From assembly GCA_965233865.1 (NCBI GenBank), contig OZ247587.1:992001-1056000 (forward strand): DNA of 64,000 nt. Direction: 5' to 3'. A program made the position numbers and the translations under genes. Every line of letters starts with the position of its first letter. The stretch's first letter is position 1. Below, in pieces: positions 43,494 through 53,588 of the stretch. The notes under the pieces were generated by a model. It was not told the origin of the DNA. It saw nothing but the letters and a program-made list of their open reading frames with translations, and searched no databases. The DNA comes from Candidatus Neptunichlamydia sp. Its GTDB lineage: Bacteria > Chlamydiota > Chlamydiia > Chlamydiales > Simkaniaceae.

Positions 43494-44663
43494 TTACCCT
43501 CTCTCTTTATAATGTATTTTGACTAATTCATTTAGTAAGTTGTCTTTATCTATTATTAAAATTTTAGTAGAAGTGTCATTTTCTCCTACTGATAGGTAAA
43601 TTAATTCTTTACCTTCTTTTTTTCTTATTGTAAAACCTGAAGGAAATACGCATCTTAATAAAGGATTAGTTAAATTAGACACATGTGAATTATAGATACC
43701 TTTAAAAAAAATTGGATAAGGAGAAATTCCTGTTATTTTAAATGGATACTCTTTTTGGAAAGTATATGCACCCATAACATACCAACTAGACCCATCGCCG
43801 CATTTAAAAGAACTATGAAAAAAAGCTAAATATTGATCTTCAATAAGTAAGGCAGGAGTCCCTCCTCTAATTTCTCCCCACTTCCAAAGATGATGATCAG
43901 GACGAGTGAACTCATCCATTGAGGAAAATTTTAATTTTTCTTTACCAAAATCGCCTTCTAAAAAGACATTTTCGTTTTTACCAATTGAATATTTAAAAGC
44001 TAATTTTTCTTTTCCTTGGACATTATAAGAAAATGGAACCCAATTTTTCTCTACTTTATTCTTTTTTAAATCTAGTACAATTTCTTTTTGTGAACTAACA
44101 AAAATATCTCCTAAAAATTGATCTATTTCTGTCATTTTCATTACTCTGTACCCTTTATCATTTAAAGTGTTCCACAACAAATGCTTTTTATCTTTAAAAT
44201 AGAAAACTCTAGGATCTTCATTGTCAGCATTGTCAAATATGACTTTATGCAAACCTTTTCCAATTTGATTGAGATTTTTATCAAGTTCTATATAGCCAAT
44301 TTTTGAGTCATAGTTTTGCTGGTCATAATAAAGCTCATCATAACGAAAAAAAATAAGAAAACCATCGTTATGGCTAATAATAGAAGAATTATAAGAATTA
44401 ATTAAAAACTCTTTTACATCTAGAACTACACCAGTATCTTCTCCCATTGGAATACAACACAAAGACATTGGGAAATACATTGAATTAATATTTTTATGTA
44501 TAAATCCAGATTTTTCTAGATTAAAAGACCTGCTTAATCTTATAGCTTCTGTTTTACAAGATTTTATTAACTTTCTTTTGTATTTAAAATCAACACAATA
44601 TAAAATAAATAAACTAATAAAAAATAAACAATAATTCTTTTTTAACTTCATATATATACCCAA
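43494..44663 (-). CDS. Putative beta-propeller glycosidase-like protein (GH130-like), N-terminal anchor
   Basis: EDPR, EKNWVPF, GEIRGGTPA, FFH motifs; very AT-rich. Confidence 0.6.
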   Translation of the reverse strand: MGIYMKLKKNYCLFFISLFILYCVDFKYKRKLIKSCKTEAIRLSRSFNLEKSGFIHKNINSMYFPMSLCCIPMGEDTGVVLDVKEFLINSYNSSIISHNDGFLIFFRYDELYYDQQNYDSKIGYIELDKNLNQIGKGLHKVIFDNADNEDPRVFYFKDKKHLLWNTLNDKGYRVMKMTEIDQFLGDIFVSSQKEIVLDLKKNKVEKNWVPFSYNVQGKEKLAFKYSIGKNENVFLEGDFGKEKLKFSSMDEFTRPDHHLWKWGEIRGGTPALLIEDQYLAFFHSSFKCGDGSSWYVMGAYTFQKEYPFKITGISPYPIFFKGIYNSHVSNLTNPLLRCVFPSGFTIRKKEGKELIYLSVGENDTSTKILIIDKDNLLNELVKIHYKERG

Positions 44664-44723
44664 TAAAATTCAAAAGTTGGCCTTAGGGGCTCCAATTGGC
44701 CTAAATTTATCTCTAACTTTACT

Positions 44724-45104
44724 TCATAGCTCTTGACCTAATGGAGAAACAGCATTAAGCGTTGGAAGTAATGCAGAAAAACCCATAATCTGTAATAAAC
44801 AAGGCTTGATCTCTATTTTCTCTTGATAGTGATTCTTGCTTTCTCGAGCCAAATGCTTAGCCTCAACAAAAGTTTGAAGCGATGTTTTTCCGTAACAATA
44901 CTTTCCAGTATAAGAGCGCTCTCCATTGTACTCTTCCAGCCATTTATTAACATCCTCTTGTAGATCTTCAAGAAGAGAATAGATTTTCTTCCGAAACCCT
45001 ATTGCATAAAACTCGTTTTGCATTGTCCTATGAAAACGTTCACAAATTCCATTAGTCTGTGGAGACCGTGCTTTTGCTCTTGTGTGATCAATGCCTTCTA
45101 TCAT
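44724..45104 (-). mobile_element. IS481-family transposase C-terminal fragment
   Basis: SPQTNGICERFHRT..EFY..FRKKIY..YN.ER..GKYCYGKT. Confidence 0.85.
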
Positions 45105-45508
45105 TAAGAGAAGTTTATTAAAATATGACTGTTCTTATAGAAGATTCTATCTGCCTGCTCGGGACCAAAAGAAGTCTCTAACAATTGATAAAATGCTGGA
45201 ATAGATATTTTTCCAAAGAAATCGGCACCAAGTACCAATGCATCTGAACTGTGACTAAGGTCTATTGCGACTCTCTTTCCGTCCATGTAATCAAGCAGTT
45301 TTCTTCCGTCCTCTTTTAGACCTACCTGAGTCATGGAAACATAAAGCCACTTTTTTTGATCAAACCCCTCTGGTAAAAGGCCAATAAATTCCCCTTCCTC
45401 TAAAAGCTCTGAAGCATTTTCAATTGCTTTAATTTTATGATAACACTCTAGTTGGCCTTCAAACTCTGTACGAGGCTGCTTTCCTGTTTTGGAGAATAGT
45501 GCAAGAGT
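45104..45508 (-). pseudogene. Membrane dipeptidase (M19) remnant
   Basis: Open frame TLALF..AIENAS..LYVSMT..GLKEDG..AIDLSH..LGADFF with segments missing between motifs; no start codon. Confidence 0.65.
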
Positions 45509-45509
45509 C

Positions 45510-45546
45510 TAAAAAGAAACTCCCCCTTTTTCTAAAAGGGGGAGTT
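45510..45546 (-). terminator. Intrinsic terminator of the MOMP-like gene
   Basis: AACTCCCCCTTTT/AAAAGGGGGAGTT plus T-run on the minus strand. Confidence 0.85.
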
Positions 45547-45643
45547 AACATCTTGAGGCTTCATCTTCGGGACTATGCTTTTCTCTATCATTATTGAGAT
45601 AGGCGAGCAAGTCTCAATGAAAATCAACAACAGGAATCGATAT

Positions 45644-46672
45644 TTAGAAGTCGAATCGCGCTTTGATTGTGACCCCCTGGAGATAAAGGTCTCCAGAATG
45701 ATCAGGCTCGTTAATGTTTTTGATCACTGCGTTATGAAGAATCCAAAGAACATGTTCCCAACCTGCCTGAAGCATGAAATGAAAACGGTCTTGGCTAAAC
45801 CAAACATCGTATCTGAACCCAGCGCCAATGTTTGCAACAGGTTCTGCAGTGTGTGGTTTCGCACCAGTATCAAGAACATTTGTTGTCACATTGTTAACTG
45901 TCACACGTTCTTTTCGATCTACATCAAACTGTCCCCACAGAATAGAAAGAGCAAGATCCGTATAAAAACCGAAATTCTTTGTAAACTGAAAAGCATTGTT
46001 TAATCCAGCACGCAGACCAATTCCCCAAAAGCCTTGCTCAAGGTCGAGGCGGTGGCTTTCATTACCAGCTGCTAATGTATACTCAATGTTGTAGTCCTGA
46101 TTGATCCATGCTGCATGAAGTCCAGTGAAAAGACGGAGTTTCATATACTGACTCAAATATGCATTACGCCCTAGATCAAGCGTTATATTGTTATAGTGAA
46201 CATCCCAGTTTGCATGAGCACGCGTCAAAAGGTCTCTTGACCCGTCAACCATCCAGTAAGGGATCATCGTAGATAGTGCAGCATCCTGACTTATGGTGTT
46301 ACTTGCATCGCTGTGGATCCAAGTGTACTCAGCAATCATATCCCACTGATCATGGGGGAGGTTAAAACCAGCAGCGACTTTGAAACCAGGATCCCAACTC
46401 CAATCAACATCATGAATACTACCAGAAGCTCCTGCTCCAACGCCTGAAAGAGCGTAGAACATCCCATCTTGTCTAACGGTCCAATAGATAAAGTCAGCAG
46501 ATAGAAAAAAATTCCAGTCTCCACTAATCGCAGGGCCTGCTCCGGGAGTCATTTTAATATCACAATCATCAGAATAATATAGTGCTGGTTGCTCTTCGTG
46601 CTGGTGAGCAAAAGTGCATCCCATAACAGATAAAAAGAAAGCTAAAATCCATTTGTGTTTCATCGTCAACAT
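45644..46672 (-). CDS. MOMP-like / Lpg1974-family pore-forming outer-membrane protein
   Basis: Signal peptide; ADFIYW, WDPGFKV, FWGIGLRAG, AGWE, GDLYLQG; ends ARFDF. Confidence 0.85.
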   Translation of the reverse strand: MLTMKHKWILAFFLSVMGCTFAHQHEEQPALYYSDDCDIKMTPGAGPAISGDWNFFLSADFIYWTVRQDGMFYALSGVGAGASGSIHDVDWSWDPGFKVAAGFNLPHDQWDMIAEYTWIHSDASNTISQDAALSTMIPYWMVDGSRDLLTRAHANWDVHYNNITLDLGRNAYLSQYMKLRLFTGLHAAWINQDYNIEYTLAAGNESHRLDLEQGFWGIGLRAGLNNAFQFTKNFGFYTDLALSILWGQFDVDRKERVTVNNVTTNVLDTGAKPHTAEPVANIGAGFRYDVWFSQDRFHFMLQAGWEHVLWILHNAVIKNINEPDHSGDLYLQGVTIKARFDF

Positions 46673-46692
46673 CCTTAGTTATAAACGGGTTA

Positions 46693-46721
46693 ATCTTAAA
46701 CGAAAATTTTAATTTATGCAA
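46693..46721 (-). promoter_or_regulatory. Sigma66-type promoter of the MOMP-like gene
   Basis: TTGCAT-17 (A/T-rich)-TAAGAT. Confidence 0.55.
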
Positions 46722-47165
46722 AGGATAATTTTAGACCTGTAGATAAATGGCTTTCAAGCCCTCAAAGGTATTCGGCGCTTGTTTGTTTTTTGGAAACCCA
46801 GATAATTAATTCATACTGGGCTACAGCCTCGGATAACTTATCAAGCCATAACAACCGCAACTCACTTTAGGCCAACCCCTATTATTATCAGAGCGATGCA
46901 GAATCCAATCAAAAGACGGCAAAGCAAGCAAGACGTCCCAGCCCATATAGAGCTGACCCACTAAGCTTCTTGCTCATGAGAGTTTCTCTCTCTATCCCTT
47001 TAGCAATTAGGAAAGAAAGGATCACAATTCTCACAAAGGTGGCGATCTTTATAAGAGTAATGGACGTTTCATCCACAGCTCTATTCCGCTGTTATAAGTT
47101 TCATATCACGTAAGCATGTTGATTTTCTCTAAAATTTTCAATATATAAAAAATGAGGGGGAATGG

Positions 47166-47897
47166 ATGACAAATCACGATAAAATCGGCACTTGCCAAAT
47201 CTGCAAACACGATTTTTCTTATAACAAACTATTCCCTATCAATATGGTAAGGAATTCACTCCTCGATACTCTCTGTAATGATCATCCAGATATCGATATC
47301 AATGGTTTCATCTGCTATCCTGATCTTAGGGAAATCCGTACCGAATATATTGAGAAATTAATCAGGAAAGATAAAGGCGCTCTTTCTTCTTTTGAAAAAG
47401 AGATTATCGACAGTCTATCATCCCAACACATTCTTGTTGAAAATGTTAACAAGAAATTCGAGAAAAAACTCACCTTTGGCCAAAAAATGGCTGATCGAGT
47501 CGCTCGTTTCGGTGGGAGCTGGAAATTTATCCTCTCATTTTTAGCTCTTCTCGTAGTATGGATGATTCTCAATACTATCTTTGTTAGAAACGAAGGATTT
47601 GACCCTTACCCCTTTATCTTGTTGAATCTAGTTCTTTCAAGTCTTGCAGCGCTGCAGGCCCCCATCATCATGATGAGTCAAAATCGCCAAGCTGCACGAG
47701 ACCGCCTCCAAAACAATGAAGAATACTGTACCAACCTAAAGGCAGAGCTTGAAATTCAACACCTTCAATCAAAGCTTGATTTCTTTATGAAGAATCAGTG
47801 GGAATCTCTCCTTGAACTACAAAGAATTCAAATTGAGCTTACAGAAGATATCATCTTGAATAAAAAGCAATTGCATAGAAAAATAGACGAAGCATAG
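47166..47897 (+). CDS. DUF1003-family membrane protein
   Basis: FGGSWKFI, FDPYPFILLNL, QAPIIMMSQNRQ. Confidence 0.93.
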   Translation: MTNHDKIGTCQICKHDFSYNKLFPINMVRNSLLDTLCNDHPDIDINGFICYPDLREIRTEYIEKLIRKDKGALSSFEKEIIDSLSSQHILVENVNKKFEKKLTFGQKMADRVARFGGSWKFILSFLALLVVWMILNTIFVRNEGFDPYPFILLNLVLSSLAALQAPIIMMSQNRQAARDRLQNNEEYCTNLKAELEIQHLQSKLDFFMKNQWESLLELQRIQIELTEDIILNKKQLHRKIDEA

Positions 47898-47976
47898 AAT
47901 CCTTCCCCATGAATTGGACATATTGATTCCATCTTTTGAAAAACACCGCAAAGCAAGAGTAATAATACTGTTTTTC

Positions 47977-48792
47977 TTATATGCAATCGAGTTTGTGCCT
48001 CAGCCGTCTAATCGCATGCGTTGTGCAGGCAACAATGTACACCCACAACATGCTTAAACAAAGCCAAAATGGCAAATATCCCTCTTGTCCAAGAGCTGCT
48101 GCTCGCATCCCTTCCATCACGTAAATCATCGGATTGATTAAGCTAATGTACCCAACCATACGACTTAGATTGTACGCCGACTGCCAGGAGTAGACATACC
48201 CTCCAAACATCCACATCGGAGCAATATAACGGAGCCATAAACTGTTCAAACTTGTCATGCTTTTAATCATACTTGTGAGCCACAGTGCAAACGCCCCAAA
48301 AAAGAGATTTACCGTGATAACCATTACTACGGTCCTCCAAAAAGAGATTGCCCCCCAATGCCACTCTGTAAATACAAGCAACTTTCCCAGTGGGAACAAT
48401 AACGCAGAAAGGATCATTGATGTGATTGCCCATGACGTGGCGATATAATAAAACACCATATTTGAACTGATCGGCATCACGAGCGTGTGAAAAATCGTTC
48501 TATTTCCACATATGTCGGCAAGCAGCACTCCAACTTTTCCAACAATCTCCACAAATCCAAAACTTGCAATGGCTCCTACAACAAAAAATGCCGCATACCC
48601 CTCGTGTGCTCCTTCTTGCTGTAGAAAATACCCAAAAGCCATCACGTTGGTAAAAAAAAGGAGCGCTGTATCGGCAAATTTTGTTCGAAACTCTCGTTTA
48701 AAAGCGATCAAATCGCGCCTGATCAATTGAAAAAATACGATCCAACTATTCATCATCTGCACCTGAATTAAAAATTTCTGCATCGGGATCAT
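47977..48792 (-). CDS. ABC-2 type exporter permease
   Basis: Multi-TM; INPMIYVMEGMR; start probably near 48759. Confidence 0.85.
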   Translation of the reverse strand: MIPMQKFLIQVQMMNSWIVFFQLIRRDLIAFKREFRTKFADTALLFFTNVMAFGYFLQQEGAHEGYAAFFVVGAIASFGFVEIVGKVGVLLADICGNRTIFHTLVMPISSNMVFYYIATSWAITSMILSALLFPLGKLLVFTEWHWGAISFWRTVVMVITVNLFFGAFALWLTSMIKSMTSLNSLWLRYIAPMWMFGGYVYSWQSAYNLSRMVGYISLINPMIYVMEGMRAAALGQEGYLPFWLCLSMLWVYIVACTTHAIRRLRHKLDCI

Positions 48793-49528
48793 CTACGAAC
48801 TTAAGGAAAACCTCCTCTAAGTTATTTTTCTGATGTTGCTTTTTCAAGTTTTCTGGTGTATCAACCGTTCGAATCGCTCCCTCATGAATGAGGCAAATTC
48901 TGTCAGATAAGTGCTCAGCCTCATCTAGATAGTGAGTCGTCAGAATCACCGTAATTCCTGACTTCTTAAGTTTTGTAATCACCTCCCAGAGCTCCCGACG
49001 AATATGAGAGTCGAGACCAACTGTTGGCTCATCAAGAATGACCAACCGCGGCCGATGCATCAGCGCACGCGCAATTAAAAATCGCTGCTTATACCCCCCT
49101 GAGACTTGATCGATATTAGCCTCGAGATACTCTTCTAATCTAAACTCTTTCGCAAGCTCTTTCTGACGCTCAACAGCTTCCTGTTCGCTCATTCCATAGC
49201 AACGTCCAGAAAAAACCAGATTTTCACCAAGAGAGAGTTGTCTTTCAATATTTGGGTGCTGCGGACAATATCCCATAACTGAGCGGTAAGCAAGAAGGTT
49301 CTGGTAAATCGACGCGCCATTCCACTGCACATCTCCCGCTGTCGCAGGATGAAGCGTCGCCAAAATTGAAACTAATGTCGTTTTCCCTGCTCCGTTTACA
49401 CCGAGCAGTCCTAGGACTTCCCCCTCAAAGATATCAAGGGAAACTTTTTTTAACGCCTGTTTCATTTCGCGACGTTTTCCAAAGTAGGTCTTTGAAACCT
49501 TTGCAATACTTAAAAACATTTGATTCAA
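48746..49528 (-). CDS. ABC exporter ATP-binding protein
   Basis: GVNGAGKT, SGGY, LDEPTVGLD, LTTHYL. Confidence 0.93.
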   Translation of the reverse strand: MNQMFLSIAKVSKTYFGKRREMKQALKKVSLDIFEGEVLGLLGVNGAGKTTLVSILATLHPATAGDVQWNGASIYQNLLAYRSVMGYCPQHPNIERQLSLGENLVFSGRCYGMSEQEAVERQKELAKEFRLEEYLEANIDQVSGGYKQRFLIARALMHRPRLVILDEPTVGLDSHIRRELWEVITKLKKSGITVILTTHYLDEAEHLSDRICLIHEGAIRTVDTPENLKKQHQKNNLEEVFLKFVDDPDAEIFNSGADDE

Positions 49529-49594
49529 GACTCTGGAAGATTAGTTAGAACGCCGATTCTAACTCCTACTGGAGTGTAATGTCAAATTCTTTTT

Positions 49595-49865
49595 AGTTCA
49601 GAGCGATTATTACGTCAGGTACTCAATCAGACTACCTTCAGGCCAAACACTTAAATAGAGGGAATTAACGCCGATTACCTACTAGCAGATCGGGGTTATG
49701 ACAGCGATGCAATCGTAACTCAAGCGATCTCTCAAAGAATGAAGGCAGTTATCCCTCCCAGAAAAAATAAGAAAAGCAAGAGAGCTTATGATAAGCATCT
49801 CTATAAATTGAGACATCTTGTAGAAAATGCTTTTTTGCATTTGAAGCGATGGAGGGGATAGGAAA
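49595..49865 (+). mobile_element. IS5-family transposase orfB remnant
   Basis: YLLADRGYDSDAI..VIPPRKN..YKLRHLVENAFLHLKRWRGI. Confidence 0.85.
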
Positions 49866-50262
49866 CAGAGCCCGAATAAAAGTGCATAGGAGCAGATGTT
49901 TGCTTTCCTGGTCCCTTGCCTCACTTTTGAAAAAGATGGATCGCATTTTCTAATGATGAGGAAACTAATTCAAGATTCTATCCAATATGAAGCTAAAAAG
50001 ATTGGCTTTGAGAATCGTAGTGAAGGACATGGTTTGTGACATTTGTCCAGGAAGAGGGAGATCTCTTGGATAACGCTGACATTTTAGACAAGGCTCCCTG
50101 GATCTCCCTCTCAAGACCCCACAAAGATATTTGGGGCATTTGCAAGGGGATTTTTGGTGTAAACTAGGCTGAGAATGAACGCTAGGATAAGGCACATAAT
50201 GTGTGCAGGGCTCCTTTTTTTTCAAAGCAAAAGATTATGCCTAAAATACAGGCAGGGAGAAT

Positions 50263-50964
50263 TTATGCGAAAATAAGTTTGCACTCCTGCTCTGTCAGCT
50301 CGCGCCATTCACCCTCTTGTAGAGGGCCTAGGCAGAGGCCACCGATCCGAATGCGAGAAAGAGTTAGAAGGGTAAGGCCGGCATTTTGAACCATGAGGCG
50401 CACCTCTCTTTTCTTTCCTTCTTTGACAGTAATTTTAATCGTTCCTCGCCGCACCTTTGAAACCTTTGCGGGGCGGATCCACTTCCCTTCGATTAAAGTG
50501 CCCTTCGAAAGATCAACGAGATGCTCATGAGTGATCTCTTGCTGAGTCTTAACCAGGTATTCTTTATTGAGATTGTTCGAGGGATGGATGACTTTTTGTG
50601 CAAAGTGGCCATCATTAGTGAGAAGGATAAGTCCCGTAGTGTCGCGATCAAGGCGGCCAATGGTAAACAACCGGTGTTTCAACTCCGCAAAAATGTCAAT
50701 CACTAGTTTTTTTGTTCCCATCCGTTTGTTGGAACAGATAAAGCCTTTTGGTTTATTCAAAATGTAATAAACCTTTTCATTCTTAAATTCGATACGCTCA
50801 TCATCGACATAAACCTTATCGGTTTTTGGATTCACAATAGTTTGGGGGACGGTTACAATTTTTTCATTGACCCGCACCTTCCCATCAAAGATAAGGTGTT
50901 CGGCTGCGCGCCGAGAGGCGACACCAGCACAAGCTAAAATTTTACTTAAACGATTTGGTTCCAT
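50263..50964 (-). CDS. rluB: rRNA pseudouridine synthase (RluB/RsuA family)
   Basis: S4 domain GVASRR, NKPKG, GRLDRDTTG, EGKKREVR. Confidence 0.9.
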   Translation of the reverse strand: MEPNRLSKILACAGVASRRAAEHLIFDGKVRVNEKIVTVPQTIVNPKTDKVYVDDERIEFKNEKVYYILNKPKGFICSNKRMGTKKLVIDIFAELKHRLFTIGRLDRDTTGLILLTNDGHFAQKVIHPSNNLNKEYLVKTQQEITHEHLVDLSKGTLIEGKWIRPAKVSKVRRGTIKITVKEGKKREVRLMVQNAGLTLLTLSRIRIGGLCLGPLQEGEWRELTEQECKLIFA

Positions 50965-50970
50965 GAAATC

Positions 50971-50999
50971 ATTATAAAAAATGTACCCTAATAAGGCAA
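50971..50999 (-). promoter_or_regulatory. Promoter placing the predicted TSS at the rluB ATG
   Basis: TTGCCT-17-TATAAT-6 nt-ATG. Confidence 0.65.
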
Positions 51000-51019
51000 T
51001 CTATTCTATTATATGAGGT

Positions 51020-51712
51020 ATGGAAAAAGGCGCAAAACTCATTCTTCTTAGACACGGAAAGTCGGAGTGGAATCAAAAAAATCGTTTTACAGGTTGGGTT
51101 GATGTCCCTCTTAGTAAGCTAGGTGTGGTTGAAGCTCAGGAAGCTGGGAAGCTGATTAAAGGCATTGATTTCGACGTGATCTTTATTTCAACTTTAATGC
51201 GCGCTCAAATGACTGCGATGATTGCAATGAGCGAAAATGAGAGCGGGAAAACCCCCGTTATTCCTCATCAAGGGGAAAGGGAACAGGCTGCGTGGGGAAA
51301 TATTTATGATGAAAAAGCACAAGAGAATTGCATTCCTGTGATTGTCGCCTGGGAGCTCAATGAGCGGATGTATGGAGAGTTGCAGGGGCTTGACAAAGAT
51401 GAAACTCGAGAAAAATACGGCGCTGAGCAAGTAGAAATTTGGCGGCGAAGTTTTGATGTCCCGCCTCCAAGAGGTGAAAGCCTCGAAATGACAGCCAAAA
51501 GAGCGATTCCCTATTTCAAGGAAAAAGCACTTCCCTACCTTCAGAAAGGAAAAAATGTCCTCATTTCAGCTCACGGAAATTCTCTTCGGTCGATTGTCAT
51601 GTACTTAAATGACCTTTCCAATGAAGACGTGCTTAATCTTGAAATTCCCACCGGTGAACCCATCTGCTATTGTTTTGAAGGGAAGACCTGGAAAAAGCAG
51701 TCCTTAAACTGA
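51020..51712 (+). CDS. gpmA: 2,3-BPG-dependent phosphoglycerate mutase
   Basis: LRHGKSEWN, FTGWVD, LNERMYG, AHGNSLR. Confidence 0.96.
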   Translation: MEKGAKLILLRHGKSEWNQKNRFTGWVDVPLSKLGVVEAQEAGKLIKGIDFDVIFISTLMRAQMTAMIAMSENESGKTPVIPHQGEREQAAWGNIYDEKAQENCIPVIVAWELNERMYGELQGLDKDETREKYGAEQVEIWRRSFDVPPPRGESLEMTAKRAIPYFKEKALPYLQKGKNVLISAHGNSLRSIVMYLNDLSNEDVLNLEIPTGEPICYCFEGKTWKKQSLN

Positions 51713-52833
51713 TGGAACCGATTTATCTCGACAATGGGACCATTGCCCGCCCTTCTTCTCATCTTATCAGTCAAATGCAACCCATCCTCAAAAGGCACTG
51801 GGAGTCTACTTGTGCCCCCTACCTAAAAGGGAAAGAGCCTTTTGTATCGATCGAACGCTCCGTTGGAGATCTGCGCGCTTTTGTCGGTGCCCACCCAAAG
51901 GATACGTTTCACTTTACTTCGTCAGGAAGCGCTGCGATTGCGGCTGTTTACCAAAGCGTTTATATTGACCATATTGTTGAAAGTGGGAGGAATCACATTC
52001 TCACAACGGCTGCCGAAGAAGCACCGATCCACCTTCTAGGAAAACATTATGAAAAACTCGGTGTTGTTCAAAAAACAATTCAACTGAGCGAAAATGGACA
52101 AGTGACGCGAGATGCCTTAGAGGATGCGATTTCCCCAAAAACGGGACTGGTTTCCCTTTCATGGGCAAATAGTTTAACCGGAGTCATTCATCCTATCTGG
52201 GAACTTGTAGAAGTATGTCGAGAAAAGGGAATTCTTTTCCATGTGGACGCTTCTCAAATCCTGGGAAAGCTCTACTTTAAGTTTGAAGAGATTCCTCTCG
52301 ATTTTCTTACCTTTGATGGGCCAATTTTGCATGGGCCAAAGGGGAGTGGGGGCGTTTTTGTACGTCGCGGGATAGATTTTACACCAGCTGCTTTAGAAGG
52401 AATGGAAGGAGCAGACCTCAATACACCGGCCCTTATTGGTTTGGGAATTGCGATCCAGGAGATGAGTGAAGCCTTTGACCACCTTTCTCTTGAAACGGCG
52501 CGTCTGCGTGATAAATTAGAGGAGGGGATCAAGCTTGCGATTCCCGAAGTAAAACTCTTATATAAGGAAGCGGAGCGCCTTCCCAATGTTTCTGCGATTC
52601 TTTTCCCAGGTATTCATCATGAACTCCTTGCTTTTCATCTTCGTGAGGCAGGAGTTTTTGCCTCTTTTGGAGGAGGTCAAAAACAAAAGCTCGAATACTT
52701 AGCGAGTGATCCTTGTGCCCTTTCATTTAGCTTATCGCGGGAAACTACTGAAGAAGAAATCGATCGCGCCCTCGGAATCATTATCGATTCTGCACAAAGA
52801 TGTCGCACCTTTTCTAAAGAGGTTGTTTTATGA
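51712..52833 (+). CDS. NifS/IscS-like class V aminotransferase-fold protein lacking catalytic residues
   Basis: IYLDN, FTS, HVDASQ, HGPKG fold motifs present; PLP Lys and catalytic Cys not seen. Confidence 0.85.
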   Translation: MEPIYLDNGTIARPSSHLISQMQPILKRHWESTCAPYLKGKEPFVSIERSVGDLRAFVGAHPKDTFHFTSSGSAAIAAVYQSVYIDHIVESGRNHILTTAAEEAPIHLLGKHYEKLGVVQKTIQLSENGQVTRDALEDAISPKTGLVSLSWANSLTGVIHPIWELVEVCREKGILFHVDASQILGKLYFKFEEIPLDFLTFDGPILHGPKGSGGVFVRRGIDFTPAALEGMEGADLNTPALIGLGIAIQEMSEAFDHLSLETARLRDKLEEGIKLAIPEVKLLYKEAERLPNVSAILFPGIHHELLAFHLREAGVFASFGGGQKQKLEYLASDPCALSFSLSRETTEEEIDRALGIIIDSAQRCRTFSKEVVL

Positions 52834-53588
52834 AGCCCTACCCGTGGAACAACTATAGTTATCTCCTTACCGAAAGAATCTTAAAGCCTCGCAACTTGGG
52901 ACGCTTCAATGAAAATGCTGGATCTCTTCAAGAGATGCGTGTTGTAACAGGTAGGGTAGAAGCACAAGGGAATATCCTGATCATGTCTCTTGTGGTTGAT
53001 GAAACGGATGGGATTGTTGCCGATGCTAAATTTCAGGCCTTTGGAGAGGCTGCCCTCATCGGTGCTGCCGATGCGGCTTGCGAAGTTCTCCTCAGAAAAA
53101 ATTATGACCAAGCGCGTCGCCTTTCCGTGGATTTAATTGACCGCAAGCTCCGTGATTTTACAAATATCCCAGCTTTTCCAAAAGAAGTCGATGCTTATCT
53201 CAACCTGGTTCTTGCGGCTATCGAAGAAGCAGCAGAAAAATGCTCAGATATTCCCTTGAAAGACCCTTCAACATCTCCTCCCGTTCCTTCTCAATTAACC
53301 GGAGAAGGAGGTCACCCCAATTGGCACCTATTTTCCCCAGACGAGAAGCTTGATCACATTAAAGAAGTGATACGTGACGAAATTCAACCCTATATCGAAC
53401 TAGATGCAGGAGGCATTGAAGTCTCTGCTTTGAATGATGAAACTGAAGTGGTAATTGCTTATCAAGGAGCATGCACAACATGCCCCTCTTCAACAGGTGC
53501 AACACTTGAGGCGATCCAACAGATCCTGCGCTCAAAGCTTTCACCGTCTTTGCATGTAAAGCCAGACCTTTCTCTACTTAATTACTAA
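52830..53588 (+). CDS. NifU-like protein (IscU-like domain without scaffold Cys plus C-terminal Nfu domain)
   Basis: DAKFQAFG; IQPYIELDAGGIE..YQGACTTCPSS. Confidence 0.88.
   Translation: MKPYPWNNYSYLLTERILKPRNLGRFNENAGSLQEMRVVTGRVEAQGNILIMSLVVDETDGIVADAKFQAFGEAALIGAADAACEVLLRKNYDQARRLSVDLIDRKLRDFTNIPAFPKEVDAYLNLVLAAIEEAAEKCSDIPLKDPSTSPPVPSQLTGEGGHPNWHLFSPDEKLDHIKEVIRDEIQPYIELDAGGIEVSALNDETEVVIAYQGACTTCPSSTGATLEAIQQILRSKLSPSLHVKPDLSLLNY

Noticed and set aside
46730..47105. Coding-like intergenic stretch
   Set aside because: Probably a decayed gene; multiple stops and no assignable family
49866..50260. Short ORFs between the IS5 remnant and rluB
   Set aside because: Fragmented and unassignable
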